64,000 nucleotides of DNA. It comes from a virus. The stretch lies in IMG/VR virus record IMGVR_UViG_3300029957_000006, positions 60,455-124,454 of that record; one strand, written 5' to 3'. This document shows, in pieces, positions 21,271 to 30,839 of the stretch (positions are counted from its first letter, which is position 1; the number at the start of each line of letters is the position of its first letter). The position numbers and the translations under genes are program-made. The notes under the pieces were generated by a model. It worked only from the letters and a program-made list of their open reading frames with translations. It searched no databases and had not been told where the DNA came from.

Positions 21271-21743
21271 ATTTTTAAAAGACTTGTTGGATCAGCCAAG
21301 TTAACTGGTTGGGATTCACCTAATGACCATAAGGCCCAATCACCTTCATATTTATTATAGAGTTCCAAGTGAAGCATACTAGTTGATGGGACCTTGCCTT
21401 TGTCTTTTAAAAGAACTGGGACCACCTTACCTAATAAATATCCTTCATTTACTATATCACCAACCTTCAGTGTTTCGTTGGCAATAACTTCACCATAGTT
21501 GATCGTTCCAGACCTACTTTTGATTGCAATTGCTTGTGTATTATTCCACCAAGGCATTTGAACCTTTTCACCAGTAAACCATTCAATTGCTACAACTTCA
21601 CCATCTTCTATTGCGAAAACTTCATCACCTTCATTGCAATAAAGATCAACACCAGTATGTATATCGTGTTTACGAGTAACACCAAAGGCACCTAATTCAT
21701 TCCCAATTGGAATTTCGTATTTATAGTTCTTAAGCGGAAACAT
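21261..21743 (-). CDS. M23 family peptidase
   Basis: HTGVDL and LHLE motifs. Confidence 0.75.
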   Translation of the reverse strand: MFPLKNYKYEIPIGNELGAFGVTRKHDIHTGVDLYCNEGDEVFAIEDGEVVAIEWFTGEKVQMPWWNNTQAIAIKSRSGTINYGEVIANETLKVGDIVNEGYLLGKVVPVLLKDKGKVPSTSMLHLELYNKYEGDWALWSLGESQPVNLADPTSLLKMLL

Positions 21744-22779
21744 TGTAACCTTTTACTGATTCAAGCAAATCTCTTTCTTCTTTCAATTTGATCTTTTTAT
21801 TCTCATGCTTACGATACCATTTAGGATAATTATTTCCAGTCCAAGGATGACCATTAGCAACTTGATAAAGCATCTTTTCATTCTCAGCATCCATTTGATA
21901 AAGAACACCATCATGTTCTCTTCTATGTGTGATAAATGATTTAGTTATCTTCACAACCAATTCATATGATAAGGTACAGATATATGATTTGTCAGTATAA
22001 CCATATCTCCAGTATCTTCTTTCTTTAGATGTATCCTCGTAGAAGAACTTCTTAGCTGTTGCTGAAAGATTATCATAAGTCATCTTATTGATCTTCTTCA
22101 ATTTTGGCTTAATGATTTCCCAACGCTTGGTTTTACGATTCTTGTATTTGAAGTCTGGGTTCTTGGACCAGATTCTATCGTTACAAGTATTTAAAGCCTC
22201 TTTATACGCAGCTGAATCATCACGTCTTAAGATATCATCACGAAGGGTCCATTCAGCATTATAGCCATGATGAATAGGTTCTTCCAATTCAACCCAACCT
22301 TGATTGCGGATAGAATCACGGATTTGATCGGCATTCATTTTAAGACGAATGATCTCTTTTTCCTTGAAGAAGAATTTATTGCGTTTTTTTCTACTCATTT
22401 AAATAAATATACTACAATATGTTTAAAAATCAATATTTAATTTTACTTAAATCTATCCAACCGATAACCTTAAAATCTGGTTCTTTAACTTGTGGTTTAA
22501 ATGTTATTTGTTGTTTTTTTAATTTTTCTCGATCCTTCTCTTTTATTTCTTTTCCATTTCGCCCTAAATGGTATTTATGACAAACCTTACATCGATATGG
22601 AACAACTTTATTGATTCTATGATCTAAACTGTTTAAGGCTTTTGCTGCTTCAATAGCTTCATCTTGAGTATTAAAAACCTTTTTTGGTTTCCATACCTTA
22701 CGTCCATCAGGCTCTATTCTAACTAATGTGTTACAATCCATATCGCAAAGGTAATGAAAAAAATTATTAATTCAAACAA

Positions 22780-23175
22780 TTACATGTTAAATTTCATTAT
22801 AGATACATATCCATCATCCTCAATAACTAGTTCTTGTCTTAGTTTTAATCTTTCCCAAAGAGCTTTACTAAACTTATTCATTGATATGTTGGAACAAGAA
22901 ATAGCTTTAGTATGCTTGTTTTCAATTAGAAAAGAAAGAGCTTCAATAAGAAAATCTTCACCAAGATTTTTACCAATGAAATCTTTTGTTAGACCATAAC
23001 CCATGATTGATGAAATCCCATCTGAATCGTTTGGATTTGAATAAAAGAATCCTATTTTTTCACCAGTAATTCTATTTGAGAATTCTAGGATATAAACATC
23101 AAACCAATCACCCATTTTTAAGAATGATAATGATGATCTACATTCTCCAATAGAAATGTCAAACAAATTATTCAT
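22780..23175 (-). CDS. GNAT-like protein
   Basis: FIGKNLG acetyl-CoA-like loop, N..SKALWERL. Confidence 0.45.
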   Translation of the reverse strand: MNNLFDISIGECRSSLSFLKMGDWFDVYILEFSNRITGEKIGFFYSNPNDSDGISSIMGYGLTKDFIGKNLGEDFLIEALSFLIENKHTKAISCSNISMNKFSKALWERLKLRQELVIEDDGYVSIMKFNM

Positions 23176-23176
23176 G

Positions 23177-23300
23177 AGCTGCTCACAGGATTCGAACCTG
23201 TACTACTTCACCTAACGCCAGTTGCAGCTGACTCGGTTCTCTTTCCGCTGGGATTTGCGGTGTTCTAGCCAATCGCACTAACCAACTGTGCTACCTCCCC
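23177..23300 (-). ncRNA. tRNA-like RNA with expanded centre and non-pairing acceptor ends
   Basis: D-arm GCACAGTTGGTTAGTGC and T-arm ACAGGTTCGAATCCTGT separated by about 70 nt. Confidence 0.5.
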
Positions 23301-23422
23301 AATTTAGTTGTGAGATTAATCCAGAATCACTGGTCACAACCACCATTTCCGCTGTAATGCACCCCAAGGTCTTATTCCAAAGACAAACACAAGTGTTCGG
23401 GCCAATACGGTTGAATTTCCAG

Positions 23423-23495
23423 TGGTAACGGCTAGAATCGAACTAGCGACACATAGATTTTCAGTCTATTGCTCTACCAACTGAGCTACATCACC
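23423..23495 (-). tRNA. tRNA-Phe(GAA)
   Basis: Cloverleaf; ataga-ctGAAaa-tctat. Confidence 0.9.
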
Positions 23496-23496
23496 A

Positions 23497-24400
23497 TTTG
23501 CTGACCATTTACATCAGCCCCAGAAGTCTCTGTTTTTTTAGTTTATTGCTACTAATGGGATGGCTACCTCCACCATAAACTATTCCAAGATGTATCTTAG
23601 AACGTATCACCGCTGAAACAATACGAGGGCCATGGACAGCCCGAATACACTAGGTTTACTATACTCTCTCATCTTTTTTCTACTCTTGAGAGTTCCATTC
23701 CGCTAAGACTGGATTTGTTTCATATCACTCCGTAAAAGCTACGTGAATACTACTATTATTATAAACCTTGTTTTTTTTGATTGCAGATGCTCCGAACATC
23801 TTTACGTCTCATTGCTGAGTTAACGTTTGTTTTACAATCGTAGTTGGCTAATCGGTGTATTTCCCCGAAAATTTAAAGAGTGTGAAAACTTACAATCACT
23901 CTGCCAATTTTAAAACAGATTCATGGTGGCTTATGAGCAGTCGCATTGCTTTTCGTGGAGTATTTGAAGTCTTGCCTCATAACTTTGTTCCACAGTAGTT
24001 ATACACCATGTCTCCCCTTACGTTATCCTTTCGTGCTATCACGCACAGCCAACTTAACGGCAAGTTCCCTTATCAGTTTGTTTTATTTCAGATTCATGTT
24101 CATATTGATGTGGACTAAACATCCAAGAACAGATTGTGGCCTCCGTACAACGTATTTTTTAGGGCCGAGAGTCTACCTCGTTTGACCAACCCCTTAGCTT
24201 CCGCTAATATTTTACGCCACTGGGAACGCATGATATTCGTGCTTATTGCTAAGCTTTACCTACCTCAGTACTCAGAATATGAATTAACATATCCCTGTCT
24301 GATAATCATGCTGTCGCTATTCGAATTACCGAGAGATCGCTACCTTAGGACCGTTATAGTTTCTAATTGCAGAAATGAATCTTTATTATTTTTAATTGCT
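23497..24400 (-). ncRNA. Putative large structured ncRNA (about 900 nt)
   Basis: No credible ORF, raised GC, several GNRA-type hairpins, lies between tRNAs. Confidence 0.55.
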
Positions 24401-24418
24401 AAAATGTCAATGAACTAG

Positions 24419-24488
24419 TGGGGGATGATGGGTTCTAACCACCGACCTGTATTACTACTGCTCTAACCAAATTCTGAGCTAATCCCCC
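24419..24488 (-). ncRNA. Anticodon-less tRNA-like RNA
   Basis: 7-bp acceptor, D and T arms present; anticodon arm reduced to GTA-GTAA-TAC. Confidence 0.6.
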
Positions 24489-24806
24489 ATATTTACTTTG
24501 CAAAGTTACTAACTAAATTACGCTTTGTCAAGTATTATTTTTTAATATTTTTGAGGAACCAAATGCTCCTCTAACAGAGCACAAAGGTACAAAAGATTTT
24601 TGAATCTACCAAATTTATTTTTAATCCAAATAGATTTCAAAATAACTGATACAAAAATCATTAAACCAAACACCTCTATCGTAATAAAAAGCTAGAAGTT
24701 CTGGATCGGTGGCTTCTTCCACTCGTTTCACCATCTTATTGGCGATCTTTTGAAGGATTTTCTTTTTCATGAAACAAAGGTACTAAATAATTTTCGAATA
24801 AACAAA

Positions 24807-27128
24807 TTAATATCGTATAAGCTTCTTGATCCTATTAACTTGTTCAAAAAGCTTATGATTGGTAAAATAACTCGGTATATCCTTGATAGGTATATAACCC
24901 TCACGTGATTCACCGTGTTGTTTATCTGTGAATTTAATAAAAACCTTACCATCTAATTGAAATTTCTTTCTATCAATTTCAATTATCGCTATTTCGTTTT
25001 CAATTCTACTACTGGTTGGGTCTTGACCCAATCGTTTTAATGTATCATTTAATAAAAGAATTATTTGACTCTTTAATTTAACCAACTTAGTTTCTTCTTC
25101 TGAATCACCATCATTCGTTTCATCACTTGAATCATCATCTGAAGATAATTCTTCGAGTGCATTATCTACCTCTTTTTCAATTGAATTATAAATGGAGTCA
25201 TTATCGATTTCCATGTTATTATTCCCAGTTTCACTTATTTCTTCCCACACACTTTCATAATTTGTTGGAACATCATAACCTTCAAGTATTTCATCTGCTA
25301 GTGAAATAAGGTTATCAATAAATAATTGCTTATCAGTACTAAAGATATTTTCTTTAGTTAATGCCATGATAAATGGACCTATTCTTAGATTTAAATCAGT
25401 ATCATCATTATCCAAATACATGATCGCTTTTATGCTATTACGAATTTTATCCCAAGCTTTTTCCTCTCCTTCATCTTTAGCTTCAGAATATTTAGAATCT
25501 ATTTCACCTTTAATTTCATCAACTTTTTTATAACTTTCCAATAAATCCTTAAGACTTTCTTTATCCCATCCTAAACCATATGCTTTAAATTGATCCGCAA
25601 ATTCATTATGATTAGTTATAAATGTTTCAAGATAATATTCATAATCTTCATCTAATCTATCACTATCACCATCATAATAACTATAATTATATCCATTGCT
25701 ATTCCAAGTATCATAATCTAATTTTTCCAATAATTCATATACTGATGAATCCATATGTTTTTTCAAATAACTACCATAACTTGATGTATCAAAAGTTATA
25801 TAACCATTATAAAATGTCACATCAACATCTTCTGGTATCATTGATTTTATTTTCTCATACGCTTCTTCATTACCATTATTAGCTAGTTTCAATAAATTTC
25901 CTATTGATTTATGTTCTTCTGTGAATTTATTTGGTAAGTGTTTTTGCAAAAATTCAAGCTTGTCTTCACCAAAGGTATGAACAAAGGCATTTATTTCTTT
26001 TTGATCTAGACTCTCTAAATATGATCTAATATCTTCATCAGATAAAATTATCAATTCAGTAAAATTCATCTTAAGTTGTCTTCTCTCTCTACCATCTCTT
26101 TTAAGATACTCTTCCAATTTCTTTTTACTGATTTGCGTATAGCGTTTTAAGATATCTTTTTTAGGTTTAATAAATTCAAATTGTTTATCATCCAATCCAA
26201 TACCAAAAGAAACATATAAGTTTAATAAATCATCTGGTAAATTAGTCAATTGACGAAAAGTAATTGGTCTTGCAATTGTAGGATAGATATCTAAGTAGCT
26301 TCGTTTATCTTCATAACTAAGCTTCGCAAATTCTTGATCACTAATACCATTTTTAAATCTTTCATTCTTTTCTCTTTCTTCTGGTGTAAATGGTTTAGGT
26401 ACCAACACATCTCTAATAACTTTAAGCTTAGGGTTTATTCCTAGAATCTCATTCCAGCTTAATTGCTTATCACCATCATTATTTGCCGATGTAACAAAAT
26501 ATTGTTGTGTTTCTAAATCATCCATCTTTGCATTCTTTGGAACTTGAATAACGAAAAAGTGATATGGATATTTGAATTGACCTTTAAATACATTCTTAGT
26601 CATATTCCAAACACCAAATTCTTTCTCAGCAAGCTTTAAATTCTTGACAAAATAAAACGCTGGTTCATATGGCTTGAATCTGTATGTATAAAACATATTG
26701 GATGAATCTGATCTAGCTACACACCAAGAATAAGGAAATTTACCCTTATATTTTATACAAGCTCTTGGTGTATCAGCATAATACACTTCAAAATTTTCAT
26801 CTTTATAAACTGGCTTGGCATCAATTTCTATTTGTTCATTTCCACTACCAAAGGTTGATACACCTTGTCTACGTCCACCAACATAATCAACTAATTGTTC
26901 TAGATCATGAAAATCTGTGTAAGAATCGATATTGTTTCTTTTATCTGGAGCAACAGAAATATCTAAATCTGTATCAAACATTTCTTTGAACTTCTTATCT
27001 CTGATATGCTTAAACTTGTCAACGTAATTTTTAACCACTTCTGGATCGATACCTTGTTTTATAAACTTGGCACTTTGTGATTTAAAATCCTCATTAAGTA
27101 TTTCTTGAAATATGTGGCTAATCTTCAT
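24807..27128 (-). CDS. Large hypothetical protein, possibly virion-associated (start re-set to MKISHIFQEILNE)
   Basis: Long ORF; GATATTTATA motif just upstream of 27128. Confidence 0.6.
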   Translation of the reverse strand: MKISHIFQEILNEDFKSQSAKFIKQGIDPEVVKNYVDKFKHIRDKKFKEMFDTDLDISVAPDKRNNIDSYTDFHDLEQLVDYVGGRRQGVSTFGSGNEQIEIDAKPVYKDENFEVYYADTPRACIKYKGKFPYSWCVARSDSSNMFYTYRFKPYEPAFYFVKNLKLAEKEFGVWNMTKNVFKGQFKYPYHFFVIQVPKNAKMDDLETQQYFVTSANNDGDKQLSWNEILGINPKLKVIRDVLVPKPFTPEEREKNERFKNGISDQEFAKLSYEDKRSYLDIYPTIARPITFRQLTNLPDDLLNLYVSFGIGLDDKQFEFIKPKKDILKRYTQISKKKLEEYLKRDGRERRQLKMNFTELIILSDEDIRSYLESLDQKEINAFVHTFGEDKLEFLQKHLPNKFTEEHKSIGNLLKLANNGNEEAYEKIKSMIPEDVDVTFYNGYITFDTSSYGSYLKKHMDSSVYELLEKLDYDTWNSNGYNYSYYDGDSDRLDEDYEYYLETFITNHNEFADQFKAYGLGWDKESLKDLLESYKKVDEIKGEIDSKYSEAKDEGEEKAWDKIRNSIKAIMYLDNDDTDLNLRIGPFIMALTKENIFSTDKQLFIDNLISLADEILEGYDVPTNYESVWEEISETGNNNMEIDNDSIYNSIEKEVDNALEELSSDDDSSDETNDGDSEEETKLVKLKSQIILLLNDTLKRLGQDPTSSRIENEIAIIEIDRKKFQLDGKVFIKFTDKQHGESREGYIPIKDIPSYFTNHKLFEQVNRIKKLIRY

Positions 27129-27858
27129 TTTAAATGGTATTTCACTATAAATATCACTTAAAAGGTTAAAATTACCAAGATTTTGAACCCAATTTCCGAT
27201 AAATTCTATTATTAAAATCATTTAATAATGATTCTGGTATGATTATACCGTTTTTTGAAAATTCTTCAAGAATTTCTCTTTTACTGAATGAACCTTCAAC
27301 AATTCCATCACTCCATTCATTTACCCAAAGACCCCAAGATTTTTTACCAATTATAACACTTCTAACTATGTTAGGGTGTCTGGTTTTAATAACGATATTG
27401 TCTTTGTAATTTCCATTGTCGTATTTTCTGAATACGTTTTTACCTTCAATTTCATTCACATCAAATTGAATTGGATTTATATCACTACCACAAAAAGTAA
27501 GAATACCTTTTCGATGTGATTGTATAAAGAAGATGAAGATTTGATTAAATCCTTGTGAGTATTTTTGAAGCTTTCTTTCATGCTTCGATCCTATTTGTAG
27601 CTTACGTAATTCTATACGTTGCTGCTTGGTGCGTCCAAGCTGTTGCCCCCTTGACTTATCATTTTAATAGAGTTAATTCTTTTCGTAATTCACTTATCTT
27701 TCTTTGTGTTCCAGCAACATCAATTTCCTTAGTAGTGGAAGTCTTTTTAGTTAGAGCTGAAATCATTTCATTTTCTAAATATTGGATTCTTTCTTGAAGC
27801 TTGGCTTTCTTTTTTTCTAACTTTCCCATTACTAGGTATTTTAATCATGTGTTATTTG

Positions 27859-27970
27859 CAGTGGTGCTAGGAATCGAACCTAGAATTCTGGCGTGAGAGG
27901 CTAGTTTAATTGCTGAACGTAATCTTAACAGATTAGCTTTTACATTGTGATACCATTTCACTACACCACT
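27859..27970 (-). tRNA. tRNA-Glu(CTC)-like with insertion of about 40 nt
   Basis: Acceptor AGTGGTG/CACCACT; D and T arms intact; insert lies between D and anticodon arms. Confidence 0.55.
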
Positions 27971-27973
27971 AGT

Positions 27974-28045
27974 TGAGAGAGCGAGTTTCGAACTCGACTT
28001 TTCCACCCGTCTAGGTGGCGTACTAACCAATTATACTATCTCCCA
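27974..28045 (-). tRNA. tRNA-like, anticodon ambiguous (6-nt loop TAGACG)
   Basis: Cloverleaf with CCACC/GGTGG stem. Confidence 0.45.
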
Positions 28046-28150
28046 ATTTTGCAGTCATAGTTGGATTCGAACCCAACCTAGAGGAAGAATCGAACTTCCA
28101 TCTCACTTAGTTCCTACTACCATTCGGAAACTTTTGTATTTGTTAATTTG

Positions 28151-28223
28151 CGGATGTGACGAGAGTTGAACTCGCTCCATACTGCGTGACAAGCAGACAT
28201 CTTAACCGTTTGACCTCACATCC
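28151..28223 (-). tRNA. tRNA-Asp(GTC)
   Basis: ctgc-ttGTCac-gcag. Confidence 0.8.
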
Positions 28224-28285
28224 ATTTTAATAACAAGAACCACTCATTGACTAGACGAGTGTTTGGTTGTCAACCATCCTTTTAG

Positions 28286-28360
28286 TGGAGCGTAAGGGAA
28301 TTGAACCCTGTTTTTCAGAATATCTTGCAAGGATATTTGGCTGCGCCTGTGCAACACCCC
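28286..28360 (-). tRNA. tRNA-Ala(TGC), atypical D-arm
   Basis: aatatc-ctTGCaa-gatatt; G3:U70 pair present. Confidence 0.65.
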
Positions 28361-28370
28361 ATTTTAATTT

Positions 28371-28449
28371 TGGCGGTTCTAGAGGGAGTTGAACCCTCAT
28401 TCTTCCTAGATCGACAATCTAGTTCCCAACCCAGTGGGCTCATAGAACC
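28371..28449 (-). tRNA. tRNA-Asp(GTC)
   Basis: ctaga-ttGTCga-tctag; encoded CCA. Confidence 0.75.
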
Positions 28450-28452
28450 AAG

Positions 28453-28526
28453 CGGAGAGTACGGGATTCGAACCCGTGGCCTTTTGCGTGACAGGCAAAT
28501 ATTGTAACCAGCTCTACTAACTCTCC
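28453..28526 (-). tRNA. tRNA-Asp(GTC)
   Basis: tttgc-ctGTCac-gcaaa. Confidence 0.85.
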
Positions 28527-28583
28527 ATTTAATCCGATTACGTTGATTTTTTACTGCTCGGATTGACACAACAAAAACACTTG

Positions 28584-28655
28584 TAAGATGTACGAGACTC
28601 GAACTCGTGTTTGCCCCTTCAACGGGGCTGTCCTAGGCCACTAGACGAACATCTC
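28584..28655 (-). tRNA. tRNA of Glu/Gln-type body with irregular anticodon loop (GTTGAA)
   Basis: Good acceptor, D and T arms; gcccc/ggggc stem. Confidence 0.5.
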
Positions 28656-28724
28656 TGACCACTAGAACATCTACAAATGCTTTTCATGGCCTCTACTTTG
28701 ATCATTGTAGTGATCTCCATATAG

Positions 28725-28809
28725 TACTGCGTATGGGATTCGAACCCATGATACTCTTACGAGTTCCACCTTGAAAGGATGGCGACCTAGACCGCTAGTC
28801 AAACGCAGC
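28725..28809 (-). tRNA. tRNA-Glu(TTC) with long variable arm
   Basis: ccatc-ctTTCaa-ggtgg; variable arm actc-gtaa-gagt. Confidence 0.75.
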
Positions 28810-29013
28810 ATTTTTAATTATTGCAAGTATTTCTCTTGGTGTTATTACTTCACACTTAGATTGTATCTCAACAATTCTTTTCTTTGGTATATCATAGTGA
28901 TCTTTATGAAACCAACATTTTTTTATTCCTAATTCCTTAGCCATTTCATGTAAGTTCTCGATTGAATACGGAACACATACTAGATGGCGTTTATTATCAC
29001 ATTTGTATTTCAT
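28795..29013 (-). CDS. Small DUF4031-like protein (start MKYKCD)
   Basis: HLV...LHEMA..LGIK..WFH..HYDI. Confidence 0.55.
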   Translation of the reverse strand: MKYKCDNKRHLVCVPYSIENLHEMAKELGIKKCWFHKDHYDIPKKRIVEIQSKCEVITPREILAIIKNAAFD

Positions 29014-29028
29014 AATTATAAATACTTG

Positions 29029-29100
29029 TACTCCCAAGGAGAATTGAACTCCTGTTTTTTGGTTGAAAACCAAACGAACTAACCACTATTCGATGGGAGC
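29029..29100 (-). tRNA. tRNA-Glu(TTC)
   Basis: tttgg-ttTTCaa-ccaaa. Confidence 0.85.
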
Positions 29101-29356
29101 ATTTAATAGTCTTTCCTATTAGTCTTTAAATGGGTTATGAATATATTCATTAGGAAATTCCTTGATAAATAACTTCCTCAATTTAGAATATCTTAAATTA
29201 CCTAATTCCTTTAGATTATATTGAGGTAAATTTTCTAATTCTTGTATCCAATGTATTCTAACAAGAAGTATATGAAATCTAATATGTCTACGTTTAACAA
29301 TCCATCTTGAATATTTCCATTTCAATAATATTAAAAATTTCTTCATAATTCTTTAG

Positions 29357-29998
29357 TTATTTTCTTCCTTTAATCCATCCTTGTTCTATAAACGAATTAA
29401 TATATTCTTTTTTTATTTTTTTATGTTCACCTTCTTTCGTAATCCAACAGGTATCATATTGAGAATTTTTATTTCCATTATGTTTACCTTTATGTGATTC
29501 AGACATCAATTCAATTGTTTCAATACTATGATTTTTCCCTGTCATGGTATCATACTTAATTTTACCATTTTTATGAGCAATTTTCACATTCTCCAACAAA
29601 GTTTTTTTTATTCTATTTCCAAATAATTTATCCTTTTTAAATCTTATAGCGAAATTTTTAGGACCATCTGATGTAATAAATTTATGTTTATGTTCTTCAT
29701 TAACAAATCCACCATCTCCACCTTCCTTCAAATTCATACATAAATCTTCACCAATCAACTCTTTTGTCACTAATTCCTTCTCTCTGTTTTTCAATAATTC
29801 TCTTGTTGGTAACCACTCAAGTATTTCCTTAGTATGATTCTTTTTACCATGATAGTTAATACTAAACCAAAGTCGTTTTCCACTACCAAAATAACCATCA
29901 TTCAAGTTATCTGTTGAGTGCATTCCTATGTAATATCTATTTGTTACATTACATGTAATTTTATAGATGTAATGATATTTTCTTTCTTGTCTTGCCAT
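29357..29998 (-). CDS. GIY-YIG (Seg-like) homing endonuclease within tRNA cluster
   Basis: YIYKIT...YYIGMHST...YFGSG, NLKEGGDGG. Confidence 0.8.
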   Translation of the reverse strand: MARQERKYHYIYKITCNVTNRYYIGMHSTDNLNDGYFGSGKRLWFSINYHGKKNHTKEILEWLPTRELLKNREKELVTKELIGEDLCMNLKEGGDGGFVNEEHKHKFITSDGPKNFAIRFKKDKLFGNRIKKTLLENVKIAHKNGKIKYDTMTGKNHSIETIELMSESHKGKHNGNKNSQYDTCWITKEGEHKKIKKEYINSFIEQGWIKGRK

Positions 29999-30034
29999 AT
30001 ACTAAATATACGGCAAGGTACAAAAAAGTCAAGG

Positions 30035-30107
30035 TCATCCCTACGGAATTTGAATCCGTGTTACCGCCTTGAAAGGGCAGTGTCCTAGACCACTAGACGA
30101 AAGGATG
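30035..30107 (-). tRNA. tRNA-Glu(TTC)
   Basis: ctgcc-ctTTCaa-ggcgg. Confidence 0.85.
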
Positions 30108-30112
30108 ATTAG

Positions 30113-30186
30113 TGGAACTTCCAGTTATCGAAGCTGGGACGCAGACCCTAACTGGGTCTCGCTCTACCATTCTGAGCTAAAGTTCC
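30113..30186 (-). tRNA. tRNA, possibly Asn(GTT), atypical loop
   Basis: agacc-caGTTag-ggtct; lacks U33. Confidence 0.5.
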
Positions 30187-30216
30187 TTAAATCCAATATG
30201 TCAAATAACGTTGTTG

Positions 30217-30289
30217 TGGACCTTCCCAGTTTCGAACTGGGCTCTCATGTTCTTCAGACATGCGCTTTCACCAGATTAGCTTAAAGTCC
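30217..30289 (-). tRNA. tRNA-Phe(GAA)
   Basis: catgt-ctGAAga-acatg. Confidence 0.85.
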
Positions 30290-30679
30290 ATTTATTTCTT
30301 TTTCAATTAAATCATTACTATGTCCATTGTTATACAAATCAATTATTATTTGTATCATTTCCTTTGTAATATGACCTCTTGATTGATTTTTCATGTTTTC
30401 TAGATGTGTTACCCATCTTAAATTTTCAATTCTATTATCATTTTTTACCCTATTAATATGATCAATAAATGGTTTATTATCTGGATTTTCAATAAACGCT
30501 TCACCTATCAATCTATGAAGAATACAAGTTTTTCGTTTTCCATTGAAGTACAAACCAACTATTTTATATCCTTTACTATCATTATGTATTTTAACTAATT
30601 TTCCTGTTTTAATGTTTTTAAGATTACCAAGAGTTGAAACCTCGTAATTACCTTCTTTTATTTTTTTCCATTTTTCCAT
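30281..30679 (-). CDS. NUMOD4-HNH homing endonuclease (start re-set to MEKWKKI)
   Basis: YEVSTLG, HRLIGEAF, IDHINRVKNDNRIENLRW. Confidence 0.8.
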   Translation of the reverse strand: MEKWKKIKEGNYEVSTLGNLKNIKTGKLVKIHNDSKGYKIVGLYFNGKRKTCILHRLIGEAFIENPDNKPFIDHINRVKNDNRIENLRWVTHLENMKNQSRGHITKEMIQIIIDLYNNGHSNDLIEKEINGL

Positions 30680-30691
30680 TGCAATATATGT

Positions 30692-30722
30692 AAAAAAAAA
30701 AGGTTGACTTCGGCCAACCTTT
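30692..30722 (-). terminator. Attenuator terminator of the Phe/Asp/Ala/Glu tRNA operon
   Basis: aaggttggc-cgaa-gtcaacctt followed by U-run. Confidence 0.8.
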
Positions 30723-30749
30723 CTTATCAAATTAATTATAACGTTTTCG

Positions 30750-30839
30750 TTAACTTTTGACAATAGTTGACCTTCCTTGGCTTTTATCGGCCTCGGCTGC
30801 AAAAAATGCAAAATCAAATATGTTGTTAACTGTTTTCAT
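30750..30839 (-). promoter_or_regulatory. Leader peptide MKTVNNIFDFAFFAAEADKSQGRSTIVKS
   Basis: 29-codon ORF between promoter (30903) and terminator; F/D/A/E run. Confidence 0.8.

Noticed and set aside
23497-24400. Group I intron or true rRNA gene
   Set aside because: No recognisable P7 core elements found by eye; convincing rRNA identity is limited to 25 nt
23946-24418. Plus-strand ORFs 23946-24185 and 24134-24418
   Set aside because: Atypical composition and antisense to the tRNA unit; better explained as shadows of a structured RNA
27845-28569. Short ORFs over the tRNA cluster (also 30069-30284, 34434-34631)
   Set aside because: They overlap tRNA genes; spurious
30680-30817. N-terminal extension of the HNH ORF in the ORF track
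   Set aside because: It runs through the attenuator and terminator; the NUMOD4 domain starts at MEKWKKI (30679)
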